A stretch of 17,368 bases of DNA from Ginkgo biloba. Its lineage: Eukaryota > Plantae > Ginkgophyta. Both the position numbers and the translations under genes were made by a program. Under the pieces are notes generated by a model. That model was not told the DNA's origin. It worked only from the letters and a program-made list of their open reading frames with translations, and did no database searches. Each line of letters begins with the position of its first letter. Within the stretch, counting starts at the first letter, position 1. The stretch spans positions 162,132,480-162,149,847 of the forward strand of contig JANKJI020000004.1 in NCBI GenBank assembly GCA_024626585.2, read 5' to 3'. This document shows positions 1-11,136 of the stretch, in pieces.

Positions 1-1097
1 CTAGACCATGACTGCCAAGTCATCTTGCAAATAAATCAACCATTCTACTTGATTTGACAAGAACTGTGTTTGTTGGTTCCAAGTAGAGGAATTTACTGCA
101 CATGTAATTCTTTTGTTTGCAAATACCTTTAACCATTTCTCACTGTTGCAAAATGGTATTAGTCAGTCCTTTCAAAAACACAAAGTCATGACCTACTAAT
201 TAGTGTCTGCAACAATGATCCATCTTGCAAGGGTTTGATGTGTAAATTATTGATGCACCTTTTTTGTCATCCACATCTTTTATGTTTCTGTGTTTCTTGA
301 ACTGTTATATTTCACCATGCTTTTTCTCACATTTTTGTATTGTTACACCGATAAGTTCTTGTTCACATTTTCAGCATCCTGCATTTTCTGTCTGAGGTAT
401 AGGTGTGCAAATCTCGTGAAAGTAGAAATGCTAGAAATGTGTTTCACAGAAAATTGTGATACTTATCTTACACAAGGTATATTATTTGTGTAATGTCTAT
501 ATTAATAAGCTTTCATGTAAGTTTATATAATATAAAATCTAAACTTTACTTTGTATCAAATTAATTATCAATGATTTAATTAACTATATATAGCATCATT
601 TCTAGAGGTTTCACACAAAGAAATGTTTCCCTGAAAATGAATCCTCTTAAAATTTTGGATAAAAAAAAGTTGCCCCAAAATAGTTATGATGCAACTATGT
701 TTGAGCTGTTTGCAGAAGAATTGAAGACTTTTCAGTTATGTTGAATGGATTTGGGTGGCCATCCTTTCTACTTTAGTGCATGCACCGGAGATTGTTGAAC
801 AGAATTTGACTGTCTAGCATGCTGCAGCCTACCAAATGACAGTTATGACTGTATTTGCTTCTTTCAGTCAGAGTCCTACTGTGCATTTTCACATTAGATA
901 AGGTGTCTGTTATAAATGTCAATAGCTGTACATATGGATCGACTTGAATGCTGGGTGGCTGGAAGGACTTGATAGAGTTTTCTATTCTTTGTACTGTATT
1001 TTTTCCTATTTTCAGGGTAGGGCATTGCGATCTTTATTATACCCAGGGCTCTTCATCTAACACTCGAAGTTTTCGTGTAATTCTTTGAATCTAGCAG

Positions 1098-1260
1098 GGA
1101 ATTAAAGCTAGCATAGAGTCTGGGAGCAGTTGTCGTTACATGGTAGTCTTCCAATATGGGTCAGTTGTATTGTTCAACATTGCTGAGCAGGAAGAGGAAG
1201 GGTATTTACAAATTGTTAAAAAGCATGCTTCAGGATTGCTTTCTGAGACAAGAAAGGATG
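1098..1260 (+). CDS. Internal coding exon of a DUF155 (RMND1/Sif2/RMD1-like) gene, RETARDED ROOT GROWTH-like protein
   Basis: Reads GIKASIESGSSCRYMVVFQYGSVVLFNIAEQEEEGYLQIVKKHASGLLSETRKD plus one G. The YMVVFQYGS.VLFN and HASGLL.E.RKD motifs are typical of plant RRG/RRL. Acceptor is ctagcag| and donor is G|GTAACT. The phase-1 end joins the exon at 10988 to give GAT (Asp). Missed by the ORF track. Confidence 0.92.
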
Positions 1261-1601
1261 GTAACTACCATTTTTCTCACTATTTTCCTAAGTGCCTTCA
1301 TTTTGCATACCTCCATTAATGCAGCATCAGTATGTTATTGCAGTTATTTATTCTACTTGATTTATTTAGGAAGGTTTGAAATCTTAGTTGTTTTTCCTAT
1401 CATTTGAAATTGCTGAAAATGTAAGTCATCTCTCCTCTTTTTATATCACTCGCAGCCATATTTGGATGGGGCTTTATGATCCAAAACAATGAGGAAACAA
1501 ATTAGATGTCCTGGTTGGAAAACACAAATTAGTAGAGTTTGGTGCACAAGTTAACTTTAGATGGTTGGATTTGCAAGACAATGTTTCTGTTACATGAAAA
1601 C

Positions 1602-1693
1602 CATTAGGTAGAATCAGAGGACATGGAATTTCATGGAAACATTTCGTCATTAGGTGGAATCAGAGGACATTGAATTTCATGGAAACATTTTGT
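1602..1693. repeat. 46-bp tandem duplication (2 copies)
   Basis: 1602-1647 and 1648-1693, unit cattaggt(a/g)gaatcagaggacat(g/t)gaatttcatggaaacattt(c/t)gt, 3 mismatches. Confidence 0.95.
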
Positions 1694-1923
1694 TGCCTTT
1701 TGAAAAAAGAAATCTCATAGGTGACTGTTAAAATCAAATCAATCTGGCATCTACAATGACATAAACCGAATAGACTTTACCTCAATTGATATCCTAAAAT
1801 CTGCATATGCATTCCAATCAAAGGATTACTTTGAAACATCAAAATCTGCCGAAGGATAAACATTTTGTAGTGGCACATCATATTAAAATCTCAAATTTTA
1901 CACCATGGTTTTGAGGGTTTTTG

Positions 1924-2443
1924 CTTCTCATTCATACGAATTTCAATATATAGCCAATGGTTTACATACAAGTTTCCTAAAATAGGATTCAATGATAAAT
2001 AAAACTCAATCCTAAATTTGTGCTTACATGCACTCTATTTTGCTTGCATGCCTTACATATTTTGTATGTCTTGCATGTCANNNNNNNNNNNNNNNNNNNN
2101 NNNNNNNNNNNNNNNNNNNNNNNNNNNNNNNNNNNNNNNNNNNNNNNNNNNNNNNNNNNNNNNNNNNNNNNNNNNNNNNNACCCATACTTAATTTTGATC
2201 AACTCAATATTCGACTATGATGTTAAAATTTGACCATCACATAAAAATAAATTTCTAAGTAAAGATACCTTCTCATTCATGAACTTGAATATATATAACC
2301 ATTGCCTTACATAGAAATTTCCTATAATAGGATTCAATGATAAGTTAAACTATCCTAAATATGTGCTTACATGCACTCTATTTTGCTTGCATGCCACTTA
2401 CATGTCTTGCATGCCTTACTTATTTTGCATGTCTTGCATGTCA
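1924..2443. repeat. Diverged direct repeat of about 160-175 bp on both sides of a 100-N gap
   Basis: 1924-2080 and 2269-2443 share cttctcattcat, aataggattcaatgataa, tgtgcttacatgcactctattttgcttgcatgcc and atgtcttgcatgtca. Confidence 0.9.
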
Positions 2444-3225
2444 TTCTATTAACAATAACTTAACTAAAGATTACATGCATTCACTTTTCTAACTAAATCT
2501 AACTCAATTTTTAACTCAAACTGGCATTATTCCAACTCCCCATAATGACAATTTGGGTAACTTTCAATATATCATTATATTTCATCTGTTGTGCTTCTTG
2601 AATCCGTCTTCATTCTGTCTTGTACTTTTTTTTGTCTTCATACATATTTTCACGTTCATATTATCCCTGTAATTTAGTAGATAAACTTCTGTAATAAATC
2701 TTAGCCTTCTCAAACATTCACTATGTTTTATCTATCAGTAATTCACCACTTCATCTAGTGGTCACCATTTTCACCAATAATTAACTCTCTCCTTTCCTTG
2801 AAGAGTTATAAGGCTAGAAAATTTTAATCAACATATTCATCTCTTTCCTACAGTGAGCACTTCAATATTCAATTAGGAAAATAATACATTTAACCATGCT
2901 TCATCAACTTCATTAAATCACGAAGACTTCACAATATTTTCTTCAAAAAAAAATTTGCTTCACTGCATCTATCAACATATCAAAAAATACTTATGAAATG
3001 CAATTTGGGGGAAATTGCTTCAAATTTGTTTCCCATTTTGTATATCCACTGAAAACTTTACTTTTGAAGATATCAAATAGTAAGAATTTCTCAAAGTTTT
3101 ATTGAACTTTTGTCATGATTAATTATCCATCCAACCACATGTGATCTTTACTGATGTCGATGTGTAATATCTTCTTCTTTGATTTTCATGAGACCTTGTC
3201 CCATAACCTGTCCTTTGAGGGCTAG

Positions 3226-3420
3226 TTATTTGACGTGCTTATTGCGAGTATGCCCCATCTGGTTGTCTTTCGTGCAACAAACATCCTCTTGGAGCCTTTC
3301 TTTCTTTTCTAGTTTTAATTGAATGATTTCTTCTCTTAGCTTCTCTATCTGTTCATTTATGACATTTTGATTCTCTTTAGCTTGTTTTACATTTCTTATG
3401 GGTTGGTGAATGTAACCTAG
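3226..3420 (-). mobile_element. Degenerate LTR-retrotransposon gag fragment (coiled region plus decayed CCHC zinc knuckle)
   Basis: Minus strand reads ...INEQIEKLREEIIQLKLEKKERLQEDVCCTKDNQMGHTRNKHVK*. This keeps the spacing of a CX2CX4HX4C knuckle with two Cys lost. Confidence 0.55.
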
Positions 3421-3987
3421 GGGGTAATTGTCATATTTTCAATTCAAAGGATGGTGATTAGGCTAGTTAGCATACATCTACTTTTTGAAGGTCATTGCAA
3501 GGTGTTTAATTTGCTTACAGCTCTTCATTTCCATTGGGTGTTGAGAAATTTGTGTTGGTATGGTGGCAACAATCCATTTGTAGAGTANNNNNNNNNNNNN
3601 NNNNNNNNNNNGTTGCGCGTGTCTAGTTTAGATGTAAGGATCTGTTGTTTGGTGTTGAAATCGATGATGGTTTTGCCATATGTCGCTATGGATTTCTCTT
3701 GACGCCTTAATGTCGAAGGGTCAATCTTGCAAGATTTGGAAATGGTCCAAAAAAGCCTCTTGAATTATTGCCCACAAGGGATGGCGTATGCACTGAAACT
3801 GAGAAAAGGAAGTGTTGCAAATTTTTGAAAAAAAATCTCCACTTNNNNNNNNNNNNNNNNNNNNNNNNNNNNNNNNACTTGACGAGATGAATTAAGCACA
3901 TAGAATTGATGTCAATGTTTGAGCACGCACAAGATACACAACATCTTGTTGAATGCACGAAGCCTTTTTTTCCAATAAGGGAAGGAA

Positions 3988-4042
3988 TGTTATGACCCTA
4001 ATTAACATTAACTATTAATTAATACTAATTAGGGTCATAACA
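3988..4042. repeat. 55-bp TG...CA palindrome with perfect 17-bp arms, LTR-terminus-like
   Basis: tgttatgaccctaatta (3988-4004) and taattagggtcataaca (4026-4042) flank an AT-rich spacer. Confidence 0.85.
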
Positions 4043-4085
4043 TCCCCCATTCTAGTCAAATCCTAATTATAGTCATAGTACCTCC

Positions 4086-4149
4086 GTTATTATTATTATT
4101 GTTGTTATCGTTATTATCGCAATTAATGTTGCTTTCGTTATTATGGTTA
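4086..4149. repeat. Degenerate (TTA/TTG)n low-complexity tract
   Basis: gttattattattattgttgttatcgttattatcg... running into an N gap. Confidence 0.7.
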
Positions 4150-5240
4150 NNNNNNNNNNNNNNNNNNNNNNNNNNNNNNNNNNNNNNNNNNNNNNNNNNN
4201 NNNNNNNNNNNNNNNNNNNNNNNNNNNNNNNNNNNNNNNNNNNNNNNNNAATGTAACATAGGTATGATAGATGAAATAGGGTTTTAGTTTGCTAAAATGG
4301 AGGGATCTGTGTGTTGGGATTTTAAGGATGCCTAAAAGAGGGCTAGAATCAACAAGAAACCTTAGAGATGGAAAGGGAGACTTGGAAACAAGAATTAGGA
4401 ATTTATTACGAAGATAAATTCAAGACATAAATGGGTAGCATGGTTGAGTGGGATCTCTCTCCCTAAATGATTGATTTTAATCCCTACTTATATTGGGTAG
4501 GCTCAATTCTAAAGGAAAATTGGACCTACGGATGAAGAACACCACATATGATCCAAGGGTCAAAATATTTGGAAGCTAAATGGATGAAGGAAAACTAAGG
4601 CTTTTTGGGAAGAACCCTAATCATTTATTTTTCTAATTTTATTATTTTTTTCTTACCAAAAAGGCCTCTACCACTAATTTGCATGTAGTTGTAGAGTAAT
4701 GTCACATAATTACGCACTAATCTATAGCGTAAATTAGTAGTGTTAAGATTCTTGAAGATTCTATAAAATCTATATATATAGGAAAGATATGGGAAGGAAA
4801 AATTGGATCTTGTAAGGTGTGTAAAAGGATAATCAAGCTTGGTAAACTCGTTAGAAGCTCCTGGAATCGTTGAAGACTTGCACATAACAAGGTTAGGTGG
4901 CTTATTTTATTAATTGTGGTGAAAGAATTACATAAGAGGCATTGTTAAGCATGATTATTACATGATTGACCCTATTCTACCCAAATGTTATCTCAAGAGT
5001 CACAAATGATCTCTCATTATATGATTTTGATCTAAGAGACCTCCAATTTGTGCTACAGTCTTCTTAAATGCCAATTGACATGACTCTTCATATTAAATGA
5101 CATAACCCTGCAAGTGTCTCCTCATTAAATGTTAATATATGCCTCATTGAATAATTGCAAGAATTGCATCCTTATCTCCTAATATTGACATCATCATTAC
5201 AACATTTAATGTGTCTTTTTTGTTGGCTATACATGTCATT

Positions 5241-5274
5241 TGTTGACATCACCCTCACATGTGTGATGTCAACA
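5241..5274. repeat. Hairpin with 12-bp perfect stem and 10-nt loop
   Basis: tgttgacatcac (5241-5252) pairs with gtgatgtcaaca (5263-5274). Confidence 0.8.
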
Positions 5275-5278
5275 CATT

Positions 5279-5938
5279 AATATCTCATCAATAGCCATGC
5301 ATCATACATGGCATAATAGTGTTGACAATGACATGAATATATTTATTAATAGTTGTATTCTTCTATTTGTTGATGATCCTTTAGCAAAGACATCATCTAC
5401 CACTCTAAACTCTTTTTATCCGTTTGGTTTCATGTTTGAAACCCGTGAATAAATTATCAACTTGGCTTGTAAGAATGACTTTAGAAAAAGCCTCTTGGGG
5501 TAGAGTTTATTTATTGATTGAAGAGTGAACAAGATCTTGACAAAGATGCAAATTTATGTTACAAGCCAGGTTGAATGGGTTCATAAGGACAAGAATATGC
5601 AAGTTAGAGGGATAAAGTGTCTTGGATGGTACCCAACAAATGGGCACTCTAGTTTGTGGGCACGATAGTTGGGTGGATTGAAACAAATAATATAGGGTAT
5701 TGGTGGCGATGGTTGAATGGATGTAATACAAAAATTTCAAATTTTATGCATTGGTGACTATGAACATAAATGGACATTGGATGTTTATTTATCTGTAAGG
5801 CAACTGAGCATGAAATTCAAACTTTTATTATTCCATCCATTCAACCATACAATGGTTGATTTTATATGCATATTAATTATATTACTCGTCTTACATATCA
5901 ATATCTCATCAATACCCATGCATCATATATGGCACAAT
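5279..5938. repeat. 39-bp dispersed direct repeat, 621 bp apart
   Basis: 5279-5317 and 5900-5938, aatatctcatcaata(g/c)ccatgcatcata(c/t)atggca(t/c)aat, 36/39 identical. Confidence 0.85.
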
Positions 5939-6710
5939 TGATGTGTTTTTGTGTCCTCCTAACAAAAATATGAAGGGAATCTCCTTGTATTCTCTGTACT
6001 GGGTGCCCACTACTTTCTTATAAATTGAGCCAAAAAACCCCAAATTGTGGTAATAGTGATGTCTTTTTTAAGCTAGTGACTTAATGAAGGTAGTATGTTA
6101 GTGCTTTAAGTTAGTGTTTCTATAGTCTAAATGCTTTGGAGCATCTTGTTATAAGGTTATGACGAGTTACTTTAGGACCATATTAGTACTTTTATACCAA
6201 GTACAATACTTGTCCCTAATACCTATCCTTACCACTTCAAGTATATGCGCTTGGTAACATTAGTTAGTACTGTAAGGGTATTTTGACTTGTTGATACCTT
6301 ATGTAATTTTTACTATATAACGATTATGTATTAATTCCTCAATGGTTATANNNNNNNNNNNNNNNNNNNNNNNNNNNNNNNNNNNNNNNNNNNNNNNNNN
6401 NNNNNNNNNNNNNNNNNNNNNNNNNNNNNNNNNNNNNNNNNNNNNNNNNNGTTATAGTGATCATTATTATGTCTTTCAAATTATCGGTATAGTCATAGAT
6501 CATTTCTTGACTCATGGGAATTAAGTTGTGCACTCCTAGATTTAGAGTGTTCCTATCTCTTTTGAGGTGATCTTGTGATCTTCCTATGTTTAAAGGCATT
6601 TTTTTCTTGTGTGTGCAATGTGGATATTTTGTGTGTATGTTGATGCATTTTGTGAAATCCTATTAATCTGTATTCTTTCGAGTGGTGAAATCCTAGAGGT
6701 TCATTGCGAG

Positions 6711-6729
6711 TGGAATCAAGGCCAAGTTT
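6711..6729 (+). promoter_or_regulatory. Primer-binding site, initiator tRNA-Met type (degenerate)
   Basis: TGGAATCAAGGCCAAGTTT matches TGGTATCAGAGCCAGGTTT at 15/19 positions, 2 nt after the inferred LTR end. Confidence 0.7.
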
Positions 6730-7914
6730 TGTGTCCCTATGGAAGTGTGACTCAAATTTCTCAAATTTGTGGTTGTAGATGTCACAATTTTGTCCTTTTT
6801 TCCTGCATATTACAAAAGATTAGGTCGAGATAGTCAATAAAAAGGCCGAATTTCGATTTTGGAACCTTTTGTAAAATGTAGTTGAAGTTGACATAAATTT
6901 CAATCTTCTTTTGAGTCATTTCATAGGCGTTTTGCAAAGGAATAGTTTCAACAGGGAATTTAATGAATTTTGCATAATTTTTTGTAGATCTTGAAATTAA
7001 ACACTGAAGGACATAGATTTAAAAGTTTTTTTTTTTTGGAGTTGATTCCATGCATATAGAAAGCTTAATGCAAGCTTAGCTATGGTTTTAAGGCCATTTT
7101 GAGGGTGTAACTACAATTATGACATTTGCAACATCAAATTTGCAAATTTTTGAAAAAGTTTTGCAGATTTGGAAAGTACATATTTTTCCAAGTTAAATTC
7201 ATACAAGGCTTGTCAAAATTGACCACAGTATAACCTTGTAATCACTCTTGGAGGATAACAGGTTTTCCACTAATGTGTGGCAGAAAAGAGGTAGCAATCA
7301 TTTTAGCAATTTTTGAATCTTTTTTTACATGGTCAAGAAGTCCAGTTTCAGATTGTCAAATTTAAAGAAAATGACCTCTTTTGGGTTTTAAAAGATCATG
7401 TAGCACTACAAACTAGTTTGGTTAATATTTAATGCTTGATTTTAGGATTTGAGACAACTATCCTTTTGGATATAAGACTTTGAATTTTGTGATTTTTTTT
7501 GCATATTCAAGTAGATCGGATTTTGTTGCCTAATTTACATTTAAATAATTTAAAATTTTTCCGCTAGTGACATTGTAACAACTTCTAGAAGGTTGCTTTT
7601 TAAAAAATATGTGGAAATCTATGGACAAGATTGGAAAAGGATGGTAATGGAACTAGAAGAATTAATGAAGAGGGTTTAAAGAGGATCTAGATGAGTGTTT
7701 TACTTGAGTAGATGGGAAAGTGGGTGGGGTACAAGAGAATTTTTCACTCATTAAATGACGACATTCATAAAGAAAGAGTAGCCATAGGAGAAGATGATGA
7801 AGCAATGGTAATACATGAAGAGCACATACAATAGAAAGAAGTACAAGGATTTAATTAAGAATCAAAGGACAAATCATTTCATGCAAAATCACATAGGATT
7901 GGAATATAAGATGG

Positions 7915-8225
7915 ATGTCTCTTGAAGCTTTTATAATAACAATGTCTTCATCAACAATTGGACCAAAGACATTAAAATCAAGTTTACAGTTGTGAAGGTG
8001 GATATGATAGTTGTCTTTCTCTTAGAGGCTACGCATAATTTTATCAATATAGATTTGGCAAGGCATCTGCGATTAATTTGAAGGTTAGTTTCACAAATCC
8101 AAATCAAGAAAAGTGGCTAAAGCTTTTTGTGTAAGTAAAAGTGTGAAGAGGTCACACTAACAACAGGTAAGTACACTCCTACTTCCAAGCTTCTATGCAA
8201 TTCATATTGAAGTGCAAGATGTTTT
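7915..8225 (+). pseudogene. Decayed retrotransposon aspartic protease
   Basis: VKVDMIVVFLLEATHNFINIDLARHLRL resembles V.VLIDSGATHNFI...A..L.L with the catalytic DSG lost. It is followed by ...FLCK*KCEEVTLTTGKYT..., with stops and frameshifts. Confidence 0.78.
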
Positions 8226-9066
8226 ACGAGTTGTAACAGTCTCGTCTCTGAAACCTATATCCTAAGAATANNNNNNNNNNNNNNNNNNNNNNNNNNNNNN
8301 NNNNNNNNNNNNNNNNNNNNNNNNNNNNNNNNNNNNNNNNNNNNNNNNNNNNNNNNNNNNNNNNNNNNNNAATCTCTCCTCAAGGCTCTCCTTGACCTCC
8401 TTTTCAAGGCCAAATTCACAAAATTCTGGGCTTTAACAGGAGCTCAATGGCTAGAGACACTTGGAACTATTTTGATGAATTTTCAAAAGATGTTTATGAA
8501 GTTCTTTGAAAGGGGAAGAATAATCTTGCAAGGAATCACATCACAAGGAGTGTTACATGTGACATCATATTGACATGATAGAAAAAAGGTGGACAAGACC
8601 ATGATAACCTACAATGTCATCAATCCAAGCAAGCAACCAACAAACTGCAAAGCAAAGAACCAAGAATGAATAACCACAAGATCTTCATAGGAGTATCTTA
8701 GCCACTATGAAAGAAGAACCAACTCCGTGCAAGCATAACTATGTAGACATCCACATTGTCACGAAGTTAGATGGCAAGGCTATAAATGAAAATTTGTAGT
8801 ACATTGGTTCAAGGACACCAAGGGAACCATACCCATAAAGAACTTGAGAGGGAAAAAGATTAAGTGAACTATAGAGACGACAAGAGAAGTGGACATAACC
8901 ACATTTGAATTGATGCTTTGTGAGCAAAACGTTTCAAGAAGGGGTGAAATATAATGAACCGAAGGAGAGACTTCTCGATCCCAAGAGGTGATCTTACAAG
9001 TCAAAAGCACAATTGGATAGTTGGGACCCGTGCTTTGAGGGTGAATCATTTCAAGGAGGAAGGGCA

Positions 9067-9518
9067 TGTTGTGCACCTCAACATATGTATATAAATGTGA
9101 AGGGATAAGTGGTGGCCCATGTTTGTAAGGGTGACCACAATAGCACTCTAGAAAGGTGTGCCAAGGCTTAAGTAGAACGAGGCTAAGGTTTAGGCTAAGG
9201 AGGCCCATGTTTGAAAAATCTAAGGGCACTTGAGCCTCATTTATGATCATCATTATGACTTTGGAATCTTTTCTAGAGTCACAACTCAATTCTTAACTCT
9301 TGGGAGTCTTGTTGTGAACTCTTGGACTTGAGAACTCCTTTATGATCTTCTTTGAGGCAGCTTTGTGAACTTTTTATCTTTAAAGACATTAGGTATTTGT
9401 ATATGCATGGTATTTTGCAATTGCATGGTGGATATTTTGTGTATGTTGTTATATTTTCATGTGATTCTGTTAATTTATGGTTGATTTGATTAGTGAAACC
9501 CCTCAAAGGTTCACGACA
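9067..9518 (+). mobile_element. 3' LTR (452 bp)
   Basis: Starts tgttgtgcacct right after the purine tract aaggaggaagggca and ends aggttcacgaca. Termini are TG...CA with a 10/12 inverted match. Confidence 0.78.
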
Positions 9519-10987
9519 ATTAGCTACAGTTTGGGGGCTCCCTATTGACACTTGGGGTCCTGCAATTCCTCTTAGCAGGCTAGAAATTCTTGTAATTCCT
9601 CTGAACAATTCAACACGTGCTGCAGTTCTCTTAGCAGCCAGAAGTGTAAGAAATATGCAGCCTGTAGGACCACAACTTCCTCTTAGCAGCGACATGAGCT
9701 CATACAGTTTCTCAAAGCTCTTAGAGAGGGAAAATTTGGAAGGCCCCCTCCATGGGATCTCTAGGTAAGCTTCTCTTTAGCCAGTGTTTTGACTTGGTCC
9801 TTTTTTAAGCTGAACAAAGCTATTGTGCCGACATATTCGATGGCTAAAGAGTTACATATTTGATTTCCAAAGTAGGAAGTCTGTGTAACAACATTAATGT
9901 CAAGGAATGTTTCTGAGATGCACAACCCTTGCAGCAAGGCAAATGCAAAGCCCACAAGGTAAATGATACCAACATGGTATCACAATGAACCTTCATTTTT
10001 TGGTTNNNNNNNNNNNNNNNNNNNNNNNNNNNNNNNNNNNNNNNNNNNNNNNNNNNNNNNNNNNNNTATATAGGAATGTAACCACTCATTTTGAAGGCCA
10101 TAAGAACCTTTATATTAAAAACATATGCTTCTAAGAAGAGAACATTGTTTACCTAGGATAATGGGTTCATGTGATAAAAATGTTCTATGATATCTCTCTA
10201 GTTTATATTGTACACATACTTAATTACACTTGTGTGTGTTTCTCAGTCTATAACATTTCTAACTACTTGTAGGAGTTTATTATGCCTAATGAGTAATTGG
10301 ATCTTACTATTTTGAGGACTATCCTTTCCTTAATTCTCCTTATATAAATATATTTTCTTGAAATGATTTTTTGTTGCTTTACAAAAATTATGTTCCTACA
10401 ATGACTATTTCATTATTTAATTAAACTTACAATGGGATATTTCTTAGATTTGGTTATATTGATATTTATTTGAAAGCTTGTCGAACCTTTTCGTTTGAAA
10501 TCTTATAAAATGGTTCTTTTTCCTTGGCGTTACTACTCTTATAATACACTTTTTTGTCAAAGCTTTATTAATAGTTTTTTCTATCAAAGTGAGTTAATAA
10601 GGTCACTATCTAATATATTATGGAGATAATCCCCTTATTAAAATGTTGTATATGATATAACTTTTGAATTTTATCTAGTAAAATATCTAGTCTGTAGCTA
10701 TGCTCATTAATATTTCATGTTTACTTTAATAAGTCTAACCATATTAAGGATTCATTATCATTATTTATCATAACATATCTCATAATCATCAATTTGATCA
10801 TTTGATCTTATGAATATGGATTGTTTTCCTTATTCCTCTTCCACTCTATTATTTACTAGCTTTCCACCATATGAGTTCTACCTTGCAAAGGTGGATGATA
10901 ATGTTTGTTTTTTATTCTAGCTCTCTTGAATTTATTTTGTGCAAATAAAAGCTTTAGTATTGTGATTGTACTTTTTTGTGAATGCAG

Positions 10988-11136
10988 ATTATGCTGTAGT
11001 GGAGAAACCATCACTAGAGACATGGATGCAGGATGGTCCAGACTATATTGTTCTGAAGAGGTTTGATATTGATGGAATTCGTATCATTGGAAGCGTGCTT
11101 GGACAAAGTATTGCCCTTGACCACTTTGTTCGACAG
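10988..11136 (+). CDS. Internal coding exon of the DUF155 / RRG-like gene
   Basis: Bounded by tgcag|AT and CAG|gtattt. Encodes (D)YAVVEKPSLETWMQDGPDYIVLKRFDIDGIRIIGSVLGQSIALDHFVRQ, which contains the family motif IGSVLGQSIALD. Confidence 0.95.

Larger units (their letters stand above)
6451..9518 (+). mobile_element. Old, decayed Ty3/gypsy LTR retrotransposon (interrupted by gap 8271-8370)
   Basis: Partial 5' LTR (6451-6708) is homologous to the 3' LTR (9067-9518), including exact gtggatattttgtgt at 6620 and 9428. PBS at 6711, protease remnant near 8030, PPT at 9053-9066. Confidence 0.8.
1261..10987 (+). other. Long GT-AG phase-1 intron (nominal 9727 bp including N-runs), filled with TE remnants
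   Basis: GTAACT...TGCAG termini. The flanking exons join as RKD-DYAV with no sequence evidently missing. Confidence 0.88.

Noticed and set aside
1156-1407. 83-aa + strand ORF from the ORF track
   Set aside because: It is the wrong reading frame over the true exon (1098-1260) and runs into the intron.
1602-1693. CRISPR-like interpretation of short direct repeats here and at 9561-9692
   Set aside because: The context is a eukaryotic intron, with no regular repeat-spacer array and no cas genes.
2690-2820. Possible integrase C-terminal (GPY...VN..RL) remnant on the minus strand
   Set aside because: It needs several stops and frameshifts and is too degenerate to call.
4250-4889. Possible LTR ending ...cataaca with a TATA-like tract
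   Set aside because: Probably TE-derived, but no matching terminus, PBS or TSD could be fixed.
8780-9289. Longest ORF (169 aa, minus strand)
   Set aside because: It is antisense across the PPT and 3' LTR of the gypsy element and has no recognisable domain.
9762-9770. TAG|GTAAGC recursive-splice-like site in the long intron
   Set aside because: The pyrimidine tract is weak, such motifs are expected by chance, and there is no supporting data.
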